The notes: a model not told the origin generated them from the letters alone. DNA of 55,359 nucleotides from an uncultured Lachnospiraceae bacterium (GCA_902767335.1 CACXHD010000126.1:1-55359), one strand, 5' to 3'. Numbered from the stretch's first letter, positions 45,015 through 54,963 are shown. Program-made: numbers and translations.

Positions 45015-45140
45015 TTTTGTGCAGGTTTTAACCTTTTTATGCGGTATGACTACAGAACCCGGGATGTGACAGTCTCTTTTTGTTCCGGTTTTAGGCATTT
45101 TTATGCGGAATGGCGACAGAAACCGGAATGAACGAGCGCT
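45014..45140 (+). repeat. degenerate ~62-bp tandem duplication
   Basis: ttttgtgcaggttttaacctttttatgcggtatgactacagaacccgggatg aligns with tttgttccggttttaggcatttttatgcggaatggcgacagaaaccggaatg at about three quarters identity by eye. Confidence 0.7.
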
Positions 45141-45141
45141 G

Positions 45142-45225
45142 CAGACTTGGAATGAGTCAGAAGACAGGACCCCTGAATATCCAGACTTGTGGTGAGTGAG
45201 TCAGAAGATACGATCCCTGACGCAC
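45142..45225 (-). repeat. two tandem inverted, degenerate hairpin-family units
   Basis: cagacttggaatGAGTCAGAAGACAGGACCCCTGA and cagacttgtggtgagtGAGTCAGAAGATACGATCCCTGA. Their reverse complements carry CAGGGGTCC.. and CAGGGATCGTATCTTCTGACTCAC. Confidence 0.65.
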
Positions 45226-45260
45226 CCTGATTCATTCGGATTTTAGAAAGGAAAAATCGT

Positions 45261-45443
45261 ATGACGACGGAGACGCGGAACAGAAATACCATGGACCTGG
45301 ACAGCATGACGTCACTGGAAATCGTCCGTGTTATGAACCGGGAGGATGAAGCCGTCCCCCTTGCGATCCGTGATCATCTGGAGGAGATTGCACGGATCGC
45401 GGACTGGGGCAGGATCCTCTCAGGCGCTGCTTCAGCCGGATGA
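45261..45443 (+). pseudogene. murQ: N-terminal relic of N-acetylmuramic acid 6-phosphate etherase
   Basis: MTTETRNRNTMDLDSMTSLEIVRVMNREDEAVPLAI matches the MurQ N-terminus. Similarity ends near the SIS GAGTSGRLG region (here SGAASAG-stop), and the rest of the gene is absent. Confidence 0.6.
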
Positions 45444-45561
45444 CGGACGGGCTGCGGCAGGAGGGAAGGAGTCCCTCTTTGAACAGAAGGTGATGTTGTC
45501 AGCAGAGTACCGCAGCGTACACCGCGGCGACAGGATCTGTCTGGAGGAAGCGGGCGAAGTT

Positions 45562-45810
45562 TTGAACTATACAATCACGGATCCCGCCGGAATCCATGCA
45601 CGGCCGGCAGGAAACCTGAAGAAAATTGCCGACGGTTATGACTGTGAGATAACCGTCTTTGCACACGGGAAAAGAGCCTCGGCCGGCAGTCTGATCGGCC
45701 TGATGAATCTGGGCGTACGAGAGGGAGATACCCTCGTGGTAACAGCAAAAGGCAGGGACGCACAGGAAGCGATCCGGGAGGTGGAGGCGTATCTGCGCCG
45801 CAGCATGTGA
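45562..45810 (+). CDS. ptsH: PTS phosphocarrier protein HPr
   Basis: Active-site motif GIHARPAG and regulatory-Ser region GSLIGLMNLGV, about 83 aa. The start is uncertain: TTG 45562 lies after GGAGGAAG, with alternatives GTG/ATG at 45490-45495. Confidence 0.8.
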   Translation: MNYTITDPAGIHARPAGNLKKIADGYDCEITVFAHGKRASAGSLIGLMNLGVREGDTLVVTAKGRDAQEAIREVEAYLRRSM

Positions 45811-45937
45811 GATAAAGGGAGCCGCAGGGAAGCTGCTGCCTGGGCAGTTTGGGGGCTGCAGGGCAGATGTGCGGCAGATGGCGAAACTTCGAAAGAACAG
45901 GCGCTTGTCATTTAATCCCGGATACAGAGGTACAACT

Positions 45938-47974
45938 ATGATGAATGGATATTATCGAATCGAGATCGGTCTTCAGAATAATAAGAGGATGGAAATTCGC
46001 ACGTCCCTTGGAAAAGAGATCTGCCCGGACGGGCGGATCCGCGTCCTGATCTGCGAGCAGGAGGAGGAAGGCTGCCGGGTCGGCAAAATCCGCCTGGAAG
46101 TCAGACAGGAGGATCCTCTTCAGGCTCCTGAGAATCTGGCCGCGGACTCGCCTGTCAAGGTTTATGCCGCGCTTGCGGAATATCCGGAGAAAATCACAGC
46201 CATGTATATGTACAATCCATGGTGGACGAGACCGGCTTTTGCGGAGGACAGCACAGAGATTCCGGAAAAAACGCAGGCTGCTTTTTTTAAGCTGAAGGAC
46301 CGCTGCGCCTGTCTGCTTCCCATGGCGGGTGAGCAGTTTAAAACCAGCCTCAGCGGCGGGACAAAAGACGAACTGTGTCTGGAGATGAATGCCTGTGCTG
46401 CCGGATTTGGGCAGATCGATGAGATCTTGTATCTGTATGCGGAGGCGCCGACTGTCCGGGAGGCCGTGCATTGTGTCTTCTCGCGCCTGCTTCGGGAAAA
46501 AGGCATCGCGCCGCGCGAAGAGCGCAGGCTGCCGGAGATGTTCCACTATCTTGGGTGGTGCAGTTGGGATGCTTTTTATACAGATGTTTCCGAAGATAAG
46601 ATCCGCGCAAAAGCACAGGAGCTTGCGCAGAAGGATGTACCGGTGCGCTGGATGCTGATCGATGACGGATGGTTCCCCTCGCGGAACAAGATGATCCGTG
46701 GATTTATGCCGGATCCGGAAAAATTCAGCGAAGGCTTCCGGGGAATGATCGAAGATATACGCGCGGGCGGGCGAATCCGCTGGTTTGGCGTATGGCACGC
46801 GCTGGGCGGCTACTGGGCCGGCGTGGATCCGGAAAGTGCGCTGGCCCTGGAGGAAGCCCCGTATCTGCATCGCAGCAGAAACGGAAGGCTTATTCCGGAT
46901 CCGGAACAGGGCAGCGGTTTTTACAGAGACTGGTGTGATGTGCTCAAAAACGAGGGAATCGACTTCATCAAGGTTGACGGTCAGAGCGCGGTACCATTCT
47001 ATTTTGAAAATGAGATCTCTGTCTGCGAAGCTGCGCGCGGCCTGGGACGGGCGCTTGAGAGCGGCGCGTACCGGATGGATGGTGCGATCATCAATTGCAT
47101 GGGCATGGCGATGGAGAGCATCGTGGCCAGGCCATCCTCAGCGGTTTCCAGAAACAGCGATGACTTCCTGCCCATGCAGGAAGAAAGCTTTGTCGAACAT
47201 CTTCTGCAGAATGCATATAATGCGATATATCACAATGAGATCTACTGCTGTGACTGGGATATGTTCTGGTCAAAGCATGTGCACGCTGTCAAACACAGCC
47301 TGCTGCGGGCCATCAGCGGCGGACCGGTGTATGTAAGCGACAAAATCTCGGAAACGGATCCGGAGGTGCTCAGGCCGCTTGCTTACGCAGACGGGCAGCT
47401 GCTGATGATGAACCGGTCTGCAAGGCCGACAGAGGACTGCATTTTCACGGATCCGCGAAGGAACGGCGTTTTGAAGCTGCACAATACGGCTTCCTGGGGA
47501 GAGAGGGACAACGCGGGCGGAATTGCTGCCTATAATCTGACAAACGAACCGCAGACGGTCTCCTTTCAACCGGCGGATGTCCCGGATCTGAAGGACACCG
47601 GGAAATATTGGATTTTCGACTACTTTGGCAAAAAGGTACGGCTGCAGGAAAAAACAGAATCCTATACGGAGGAAATCGGTGCGGGAGAATTTGCCTGGTA
47701 TGTAATCCTGCCGGCTGAGGGCAGAGGAGCCTGTCTGGGACTGCTGGATAAATACGTCGGTTTTACAGCCGTGGAAAGCATCAGCGGAGATGGCGACACG
47801 CAGGTCATCATCCTGCATGAGACCGGAACCGTGGGATGGGCCGGTAATGAGGCGCCGTCCAGGGTTCTGGCAGGCGCAGAGGATATGACCGGCCGGATCA
47901 GCAGGGATGGTGCGATGTGGTCACTGCCGCTTCCTGAAAAGGCGGAGAAGGCAGTGATTACCATTCAATGGTGA
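45938..47974 (+). CDS. GH36-clan raffinose-synthase/Sip1-like glycosidase
   Basis: Motifs LGWCSWDAFY, RWMLIDDGW, FIKVDGQS, NCMGM, RNSDDF and CDWDMFWS..RAISGGPVYVSD. The likely start is ATG 45938. Confidence 0.8.
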   Translation: MMNGYYRIEIGLQNNKRMEIRTSLGKEICPDGRIRVLICEQEEEGCRVGKIRLEVRQEDPLQAPENLAADSPVKVYAALAEYPEKITAMYMYNPWWTRPAFAEDSTEIPEKTQAAFFKLKDRCACLLPMAGEQFKTSLSGGTKDELCLEMNACAAGFGQIDEILYLYAEAPTVREAVHCVFSRLLREKGIAPREERRLPEMFHYLGWCSWDAFYTDVSEDKIRAKAQELAQKDVPVRWMLIDDGWFPSRNKMIRGFMPDPEKFSEGFRGMIEDIRAGGRIRWFGVWHALGGYWAGVDPESALALEEAPYLHRSRNGRLIPDPEQGSGFYRDWCDVLKNEGIDFIKVDGQSAVPFYFENEISVCEAARGLGRALESGAYRMDGAIINCMGMAMESIVARPSSAVSRNSDDFLPMQEESFVEHLLQNAYNAIYHNEIYCCDWDMFWSKHVHAVKHSLLRAISGGPVYVSDKISETDPEVLRPLAYADGQLLMMNRSARPTEDCIFTDPRRNGVLKLHNTASWGERDNAGGIAAYNLTNEPQTVSFQPADVPDLKDTGKYWIFDYFGKKVRLQEKTESYTEEIGAGEFAWYVILPAEGRGACLGLLDKYVGFTAVESISGDGDTQVIILHETGTVGWAGNEAPSRVLAGAEDMTGRISRDGAMWSLPLPEKAEKAVITIQW

Positions 47975-48046
47975 GAGGAGCAGAGAAGATTCTCCCATAG
48001 ACGTATGGATTTACATTGACTTAGTGAATCTGATTGGAGCAGCGGG

Positions 48047-49756
48047 ATGAAGGAATATGTGTTAAAAGCGGCCCAGACGGGTTTCGCGGCAGGAACGGTG
48101 TTTGATCTTGATGCGCCGGGTGTGGATGCCGGGGCGGCAGGGCTTCGAACGGCAGACCGCAGGATGGCTGACGAAAAGGGAGAGAGCGCTTTGGATTATT
48201 CGGCCGCAGGAAGCCCCGAAGAGGAACTGCGCCGGTTTGACAAGGCTGTTCTTGCTTTGAAACAGGAGCTCACAGCGGCTGCCCGGGAGGCGGACGAAAA
48301 AAGTGCGGCGATTTTTGAGGCGGAGCGGATCCTGCTGGAAGATGAGGAATATGCCGGCGCCATCCGGAGACGGATCTGCGAGGAAGGGCAGGAGGCTGCC
48401 CGGGCAGCCCGGCAGACCGGGCAGGATGTGGCGCGGGCATTCGCGGCCAGCGAGAGCAGCTATATCCGGGGAAGATGCGATGATGTAAATGGGATCACGC
48501 AAAGGCTGGTGGGGATTCTCAGAGGCGATGAAAGAAGGACTCTGGCGGTTCCGTCCATCCTCGTGGCGGAGGAACTCAGTCCTGCGCAGCTTTCCGGGTT
48601 TGATCCGGCTTTGCTTCTTGAAATTCTGACCGTCCGGGGCACCCCATCCTCCCATGTCTCTGTGATCGCGGGAAATCTGGGGATTCCATATGTATATGGT
48701 TCATCGGAAGCGGCAAAAGCAGCCCGTGCCTGCAGCAGGCTGATCATTGACGGGGAAAGGCTGATCCTGGACCCGGAAGAGGAAATGTATCAGCAGGCGC
48801 TGCAGCAAATGGAAGAAAGCAGAAAGCAGGAGGAGGACGCGGCAGCGGACATCAGTGAACGGCGCACCAGAGTGTTTGCAAACATTGCAGGTCCGGAGGA
48901 TATCGAAGAATTGCTCGCTTCCGGCGCAGAGGGTGTGGGACTGATGCGCTCGGAATTTCTGTTTCTGGGCCGGGAGACCGCGCCCTCCGAGGAGGAACAG
49001 TTTGAGGCTTATCGAAGGGTCGCGGAAGCAATGGGAGAAAAAGAAACCGTCATTCGGACGATGGACCTTGGCTCGGACAAACGGCCGGCCTGGCTGCCGC
49101 TTCCGGATGAGAAGAACCCGGCTCTGGGCTGGCGCGGGCTGCGGATCTCCCTGAAGGAGCGGGAACTGTTCAAAACCCAGCTTCGGGCGCTGCTGCGCGC
49201 GGCGGCGTACGGAAATGTCAAAGTGATGGTCCCCATGGTGACATCTGTCCGGGAGATCGAAGCGGTGGAAGCATGCATGAGCGAATGCGCCAAAGAACTC
49301 ACCCGGGCGGGAATACCCTTCCGCCTGCCGCCTCTTGGGGCCATGGTGGAGACGCCGGCAGCGGCGCTGCTTGCTGAAGAGCTTTCCGGGAAGGTGGATT
49401 TTTTCAGTGTCGGGACCAATGATCTGACCCAGTACACGCTGGCACTGGACCGGGAAGCCGAGGGGCTGGAGGAGTATGACGATCCATCCCATGAAGCAGT
49501 CCTGCGGCTGATCCGGATGACAGCACGGGCAGCGGCAGAAAATCATATTCCCATTTCGGTCTGCGGGGAACTCGCCGGCAGAGAGGAGGTCGTTAAGAGC
49601 CTGATTCAGGCCGGCGTAAACAAGCTGTCGGTATCCGTGCCGAAGGTGAGGGCCGTCATGCGGCGCGCCGCGGAAGCGGAAAAGGCATTGGAGATGGAAA
49701 AGCCGCCGAAGAAGGAGACGGAAATTGAGCCGGACCGGATACGACGCAAACCGTAA
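48047..49756 (+). CDS. ptsI: phosphoenolpyruvate-protein phosphotransferase (PTS enzyme I)
   Basis: Phospho-His region RGTPSSHVSVIAGNLGIP, PEP-utilising domain motifs GLMRSEFLF and FSVGTNDLTQY, and catalytic SVCGELAG. Confidence 0.85.
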   Translation: MKEYVLKAAQTGFAAGTVFDLDAPGVDAGAAGLRTADRRMADEKGESALDYSAAGSPEEELRRFDKAVLALKQELTAAAREADEKSAAIFEAERILLEDEEYAGAIRRRICEEGQEAARAARQTGQDVARAFAASESSYIRGRCDDVNGITQRLVGILRGDERRTLAVPSILVAEELSPAQLSGFDPALLLEILTVRGTPSSHVSVIAGNLGIPYVYGSSEAAKAARACSRLIIDGERLILDPEEEMYQQALQQMEESRKQEEDAAADISERRTRVFANIAGPEDIEELLASGAEGVGLMRSEFLFLGRETAPSEEEQFEAYRRVAEAMGEKETVIRTMDLGSDKRPAWLPLPDEKNPALGWRGLRISLKERELFKTQLRALLRAAAYGNVKVMVPMVTSVREIEAVEACMSECAKELTRAGIPFRLPPLGAMVETPAAALLAEELSGKVDFFSVGTNDLTQYTLALDREAEGLEEYDDPSHEAVLRLIRMTARAAAENHIPISVCGELAGREEVVKSLIQAGVNKLSVSVPKVRAVMRRAAEAEKALEMEKPPKKETEIEPDRIRRKP

Positions 49757-49957
49757 TGCCACAGCCATGCACCGCATGGGGGCGGAGGCTCATAATCGGG
49801 ATCGTCTTGTAAAGAAAGACCGAAAAAGAAAAAATTCAGACTGACAAGCCGGAATATATACAGGCGAAAGCATATGAAAACGGATTGCAATGGCGGCAGA
49901 CATGCTTTATCCTGAGAAGAGGAAAGCGGGAAACTGCTGTTTGAAGCAGACAAGAGA

Positions 49958-49984
49958 GGAGACAGAGAACCGTCCCCTGTCTCC
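49958..49984 (-). repeat. hairpin-family unit 18 nt upstream of the GH42 start
   Basis: GGAGACAGAGAACCGTCCCCTGTCTCC is the exact reverse complement of the 25773 copy. Confidence 0.9.
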
Positions 49985-50002
49985 CTGGATAAGGAGAATA
50001 AC

Positions 50003-52090
50003 ATGGCAGGAGGAATCCATTTCAGCGGATATCTGCACGGTGGAGATTACAATCCGGAGCAGTGGCTGGACAATCCGGAGATTTTGGAGAAAGACATCGA
50101 ATTGTTTCAAAAGGCCGGGATCAATGAAGTGACCATGGGGGTCTTTTCCTGGGCAGTGCTGGAGCCCAGGGAAGGAGAATATGATCTGGAATGGATGCGC
50201 AGGATCATTGACCGGCTTTATGAAAATGGGATCCGTGTGATCCTGGCTACGCCGACCGGTGCGCGTCCAAAGTGGATGGCGGATCGGTATCCGGAAGTCC
50301 TCCGGGTGAATGACAGGGGGCAGAGGGATTACTTCGGACAGCGCCATAATCACTGCAACTCCTCTCCGGTTTTCCGGGAGAAAGTCCGCCGGATCGACCG
50401 GAAGCTGTCCGAAGCCTTCGGCAGGCATCCGGGAGTCATCGCATGGCATCTCTCCAACGAGCTGGCCGGCTGTGCCCATGATTGCTTCTGCCCTCTGTGC
50501 CAGGAGAAGTTCCGGGAATATCTTCGGGAAAAATATGGTACAATCGAAGCGCTGAACAAGGCCTGGGCGACGACCTTCTGGAGCCATACCTACAATGACT
50601 TTGATCAGATTGAGGCTCCTTCTTCCATCGGTGAGCCCGGTCTGCATGCCCTCAATCTTGACTGGCGCCGATTCGTCACGGAGAGTACCGCTGACTTTAT
50701 CCGGGTGGAGACGGAGGCAATCCGGGAGGGCGGATCGGATCTGCCGACCACCATCAATCTGATGTACGACTTCCGACCCCTGAATTATCACAAACTGGCA
50801 GAGACCGTCGATTTTATCTCCTGGGATAATTATCCATCCTGGCATAAGAAGGAGGAGGCACTCACCGCCCTGGACGCCGGCATGCAGCATGATATCATGC
50901 GCAGCCTGAAAAAAGAGCCCTTCCTGCTGATGGAATCCTGTCCGTCCGCCACCAACTGGCAGCCGGTCAGCAAGCTGAAAAAGCCGGGGATGCTCGCAGC
51001 AGCCTCGCTTCAGGCCGTTGCCCACGGTTCAGACAGCGTTCTGTATTTTCAGCTGCGGCAGAGCCGCGGCGCTTCCGAGAAATTCCACGGAGCGGTCATC
51101 GATCACTATGGCGGGGAAGATACCCGGGTCCTGCAGGAGGTTGCCAGGGTCGGGAACGCGTTGAGAGCGATCCGTGAGACTGCCGGCGCACAGACCGCGG
51201 CACGGGCGGCGGTTCTGTTTGACTGGGAAAACCGCTGGGCCATGGAGGATGCGGCCGGGCCGAGAAACCAGGGACTCTTCTATAAAGAAACCGTAGAAAA
51301 GTCCTGGCAGGCATTCCGGAAGATGGGACTGAACGTGGATGTGATCGATATGACGCAGCCGCTGGACGATTATCAGGTGGTCGCCATGCCCATGCTCTAC
51401 ATGTTCCGGGACGAATACGAGAATAAGGTGCGCGCTTTCGTCGAGCAGGGCGGTACGGTGATCATGACTTACTGGTCCGGAATCGTGGATGACACGGATC
51501 TGTGTTTTCTGGAAGGAACGCCGCATGGCCTGATGGATGTGCTGGGCCTGCGCAGCACAGAGATCGACGGGTTGTATGACTGGGAGAAAAACACCGCACT
51601 TCCGGTCTCCGGAAATCCGCTGGGCATCGGGAAGACGTATACCTGCAATCATCTGTGCGAACTGGTTTCCGTAAAGGGAGCGCAGGTTTTAATGACCTAC
51701 GCAGAGGATTTTTATGCCGGCCTGCCGGCCTTAACCGTCAACCGCTGGGGAAGAGGAAAGGCCTATTACGTCTGCGCAGACTTTGAGCAGGCATTCTACG
51801 ATGATATTTACAGCAGGATCGCCGGGGAAGCCGGCCTTCACGGCCTGCTGGAAACCGTTCCGGAAGGCGTGGAGGTAACCTCCAGGCAGACATCGGAAAA
51901 AGAGTATCTCTTTATTCAGAACTTCCGGAGAACCCCCGTCACGATCAACCTCCCGGAAGGAAAACTTCTGCTCGACGCTGCCATTGCGGCCGGCAGAGAA
52001 TGCCCGGAAGAAAACCTTCGTTCAGAGCGGGGAGAGAGAATCATAGAGCCCCTGGAAACCCTCGTGCTGGCGCGAATCATTCCGCATTGA
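50003..52090 (+). CDS. beta-galactosidase, glycoside hydrolase family 42
   Basis: Motifs GGDYNPEQW, WHLSNE, the Cys cluster CFCPLC and MESCPS. Length is 695 aa. AAGGAG RBS. Confidence 0.9.
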   Translation: MAGGIHFSGYLHGGDYNPEQWLDNPEILEKDIELFQKAGINEVTMGVFSWAVLEPREGEYDLEWMRRIIDRLYENGIRVILATPTGARPKWMADRYPEVLRVNDRGQRDYFGQRHNHCNSSPVFREKVRRIDRKLSEAFGRHPGVIAWHLSNELAGCAHDCFCPLCQEKFREYLREKYGTIEALNKAWATTFWSHTYNDFDQIEAPSSIGEPGLHALNLDWRRFVTESTADFIRVETEAIREGGSDLPTTINLMYDFRPLNYHKLAETVDFISWDNYPSWHKKEEALTALDAGMQHDIMRSLKKEPFLLMESCPSATNWQPVSKLKKPGMLAAASLQAVAHGSDSVLYFQLRQSRGASEKFHGAVIDHYGGEDTRVLQEVARVGNALRAIRETAGAQTAARAAVLFDWENRWAMEDAAGPRNQGLFYKETVEKSWQAFRKMGLNVDVIDMTQPLDDYQVVAMPMLYMFRDEYENKVRAFVEQGGTVIMTYWSGIVDDTDLCFLEGTPHGLMDVLGLRSTEIDGLYDWEKNTALPVSGNPLGIGKTYTCNHLCELVSVKGAQVLMTYAEDFYAGLPALTVNRWGRGKAYYVCADFEQAFYDDIYSRIAGEAGLHGLLETVPEGVEVTSRQTSEKEYLFIQNFRRTPVTINLPEGKLLLDAAIAAGRECPEENLRSERGERIIEPLETLVLARIIPH

Positions 52091-52337
52091 GGAATGATAA
52101 ATGATAGCCGCGTGACAAATCGCGGAACCGCTGAAGAAGTGTTGGCGGCTGAAAATGAGTCTGATGTGATGGAATTCCCTATACTTGAAAATCATGCCAA
52201 TCTGCTGTATGATTGCAATACATCATCTATTGCAATCATGTAAGGGTGTCTGCGAGATTTAAAACCTGTTTGCTATCGTTGTAGCTGACAGGTTTTATGA
52301 TATTGAAAATAAAGGAATAAAGGAAGTAATAACGAAT

Positions 52338-53702
52338 ATGTGGGCTGAAGAAAGCATAATGTATCAGATCTATACACTGGGTTTCTGCGGAGCGCCGTTT
52401 GGCAATCCGCTGGAGCCGTCCGCTGTTTTGAACCAGGAAAACACGGCCGCTGCCGGCAGAGGCGAAGAAGACCTGCACCGCATCCGCAAGGTACTTGACT
52501 GGATTGGGCATCTTAAGAGGCTGGGCGTCACTGCGGTATATTTTAATCCTCTGTTTGAGTCGGATTCCCATGGCTACAATACCCGGGATTACCGGAGAGT
52601 TGACAACCGCCTTGGAACAAACGAGGACTTCCGCGAAGTATGTAACAAGCTGCATGAGGCAGGAATCCGGGTGATTCTGGATGCCGTTTTTAACCATGTC
52701 GGCAGGGGCTTTACGCAGTTTCAGGATGTCCTGCAGCGCAAGTGGGAGAGCCCCTACAAGGACTGGTTCCATATCAGTTTTGACGGAAACTCCAATTATA
52801 ATGACGGCCTCTGGTATGAAGGCTGGGAAGGCCATTATGATCTGGTCAAGCTGAACCTGCGCAATGAAGCGGTGATCAATTACCTGCTGGATACGGTAGG
52901 CTTCTGGACAAAGGAATTTGGTATCGACGGCCTCAGGCTTGACGTTGCCTACCTTCTGGACCGCGATTTTATTCGCCGGCTTCGCGCTTATACGGATCAG
53001 CTGAAACCGGAGTTCTATCTGATCGGAGAGATTCTGGGGGGTGATTATAAGACGATCTGCGGAGAGGGAATGCTTCATTCGGCTACGAACTACGAGTGCT
53101 ATAAAGGGCTCTTTTCGAGTTTCAACAGCATGAACATGTTTGAAATCAATCACTCTCTGATGCGCCAGTTTGGCAAAGATCCCTGGTGCCTGTACCGCGG
53201 CATGCATCTGATGAGTTTTGTGGATAACCATGACGTAACAAGGGTTGCCAGTATCCTGCAGAATCCAAATCATCTGCCGCTGATCTATGCGCTTGCCTTC
53301 GGCATGCCCGGATACCCCTGCATTTACTATGGAAGCGAATGGGGAGCCAAAGGAGAGAAAAAAGACGGAGACCCGGCCCTCCGCCTCAGCTATGACGAGC
53401 CGCAGTGGAATGAACTGACGGACTGGATCGCGGCTCTCGCGAAAGCGAAGAGCGGCTCGGAAGCACTCTGCTTCGGAGATTTTACCAGCATCGTACTCAC
53501 TAACCGGCAATGCATTTTTGAGAGAAAGAGCGAGCATGAGCGTGTCCTCGTGGCAATCAATGCAGATGAGAACGAATACGTGGCACATTTTAACGCCGGG
53601 TGCGGCACCGCGATCGATCTGATCAGCGGGAAGGTGCATGACTTCGGCGGCGGTTCGCATCTTGCTCCGTACAGCGCCGCTTTCTGGAAGATGGAGCGCT
53701 GA
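52338..53702 (+). CDS. alpha-amylase family (GH13) glycosidase
   Basis: Conserved regions DAVFNHVG, GIDGLRLDVA, IGEILG and FVDNHD. Confidence 0.85.
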   Translation: MWAEESIMYQIYTLGFCGAPFGNPLEPSAVLNQENTAAAGRGEEDLHRIRKVLDWIGHLKRLGVTAVYFNPLFESDSHGYNTRDYRRVDNRLGTNEDFREVCNKLHEAGIRVILDAVFNHVGRGFTQFQDVLQRKWESPYKDWFHISFDGNSNYNDGLWYEGWEGHYDLVKLNLRNEAVINYLLDTVGFWTKEFGIDGLRLDVAYLLDRDFIRRLRAYTDQLKPEFYLIGEILGGDYKTICGEGMLHSATNYECYKGLFSSFNSMNMFEINHSLMRQFGKDPWCLYRGMHLMSFVDNHDVTRVASILQNPNHLPLIYALAFGMPGYPCIYYGSEWGAKGEKKDGDPALRLSYDEPQWNELTDWIAALAKAKSGSEALCFGDFTSIVLTNRQCIFERKSEHERVLVAINADENEYVAHFNAGCGTAIDLISGKVHDFGGGSHLAPYSAAFWKMER

Positions 53703-53707
53703 GAAGG

Positions 53708-53753
53708 CAATCAGGGGACGGTTCTCTGCAATCAGGGGACGGTTCCCTGATTG
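53708..53753 (+). repeat. two tandem hairpin-family units, CAAT subfamily, after GH13 gene
   Basis: CAATCAGGGGACGGTTCTCTG followed by CAATCAGGGGACGGTTCCCTGATTG. Confidence 0.9.
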
Positions 53754-53784
53754 GCCTTGCAAATCTGCTGATCAGGTCGGACAG

Positions 53785-54855
53785 TTATTCCACACTGAGA
53801 AACACCTGACGCCGGACAAATTCACGAAACCTGGGAAGTGCAAATCTCAGCGTCCCATAAGAAGGAGAGATAATCAATCCTTTTCTGATCAGTCTTGAGC
53901 GATAGGTAGTAAAACTGTTGGATGGCATACCGATCAGACTTCTTATGTTCTCCACTTTTCCGGAAGAAGCACTGCTCATGGCTGTAAGGACTGCCTGATC
54001 CTTCGGCGATAGTTCACTCCAGATTTTTTCATAGACGTAATCTTCCAGATATGTATCATATAAAGGCAACAGATCCTGCCATTTTTCTTTTTTTACCCAG
54101 CACAGATAGCCTAGTACCTGAAAGGCGAAGGGATATCCCATGGTGGCTCCGGCCATGGATAACGCTTCATCGGTGGTCAGGCCAAAAATATCCTGGTATT
54201 TTTTCATGATCAGGGGGATGCTCAGAGGTTTCATTTCTATTTTGGGAGCTCGATACAGGAAGGTGAGTGTCTTTTCGTTTTGCAGTTCATAAATGTTTTC
54301 ATAAAGGCCTGTCATGAGCAGGAAAACTTGTAGATTCTCCCGCAGAAAAATCTGAAACTGGCTGGCAAACTCACGCATACCAGGAGTGGATGATACCTCG
54401 TCAACCGTAACAAGAACACGCTTTCCGCTTCGAGTCAGTTTTTCCAGCATCCTTCGCAATGCGACAATCAGATCAGTGACAGGAGGTTCACCATCGATTT
54501 CCAGACCGAAGCCGAGAACAGACAGATTGATTTTTGCGTCGCGAAACAGCTGAAGGAGTTCTTTTCGGTTGCTCAGTTCAGCAGTCAGTGTGTGCAGAAG
54601 ATCCCGCTCAGGATTCAAATCGATGACGATCCAGTTTGTATTTGAACGCAGCTGATTTGCAATGTTGGTTAGCGCCACTGTTTTTCCCGATCCTCTCACA
54701 CCTGTAATCATGCATACCTGATAAGCAGGGTTATCAGATTCAAAGCTTTGAAGAATTTCATTATTCTGATAGTCTCGTTCGATAAGGCTCAGAGGTTCTT
54801 TCCCAAAAGAGAGAGAAAAGGGATTCGTCAGATTGCTGCAGTTATCCGTTTTCAC
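53785..54855 (-). CDS. AAA/Arch_ATPase-like ATP-binding protein with C-terminal winged-helix domain
   Basis: Walker A GVRGSGKT and Walker B VLVTVDEV. The C-terminus SPKDQAVLTAMS..FTTYRSRLIRKGLI resembles a wHTH. GTG start. Confidence 0.7.
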   Translation of the reverse strand: MKTDNCSNLTNPFSLSFGKEPLSLIERDYQNNEILQSFESDNPAYQVCMITGVRGSGKTVALTNIANQLRSNTNWIVIDLNPERDLLHTLTAELSNRKELLQLFRDAKINLSVLGFGLEIDGEPPVTDLIVALRRMLEKLTRSGKRVLVTVDEVSSTPGMREFASQFQIFLRENLQVFLLMTGLYENIYELQNEKTLTFLYRAPKIEMKPLSIPLIMKKYQDIFGLTTDEALSMAGATMGYPFAFQVLGYLCWVKKEKWQDLLPLYDTYLEDYVYEKIWSELSPKDQAVLTAMSSASSGKVENIRSLIGMPSNSFTTYRSRLIRKGLIISPSYGTLRFALPRFREFVRRQVFLSVE

Positions 54856-54916
54856 AACCTATATTTCCTTTCACAACTTTTCACAAACATTATACTGCTT
54901 CACAACTTTTCACAAC
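54851..54916 (-). promoter_or_regulatory. five TTGTGAA direct repeats around the ATPase-wHTH gene promoter
   Basis: The plus strand carries TTCACAA(C/A) at 54851, 54870, 54880, 54899 and 54909. Two pairs are spaced 10 bp apart. A minus-strand TATAAT lies at 54894-54889. Confidence 0.5.
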
Positions 54917-54963
54917 TTTATATTTATCATAATCCTGATGAGAAAACAGGTCAAGTTCTTTTC

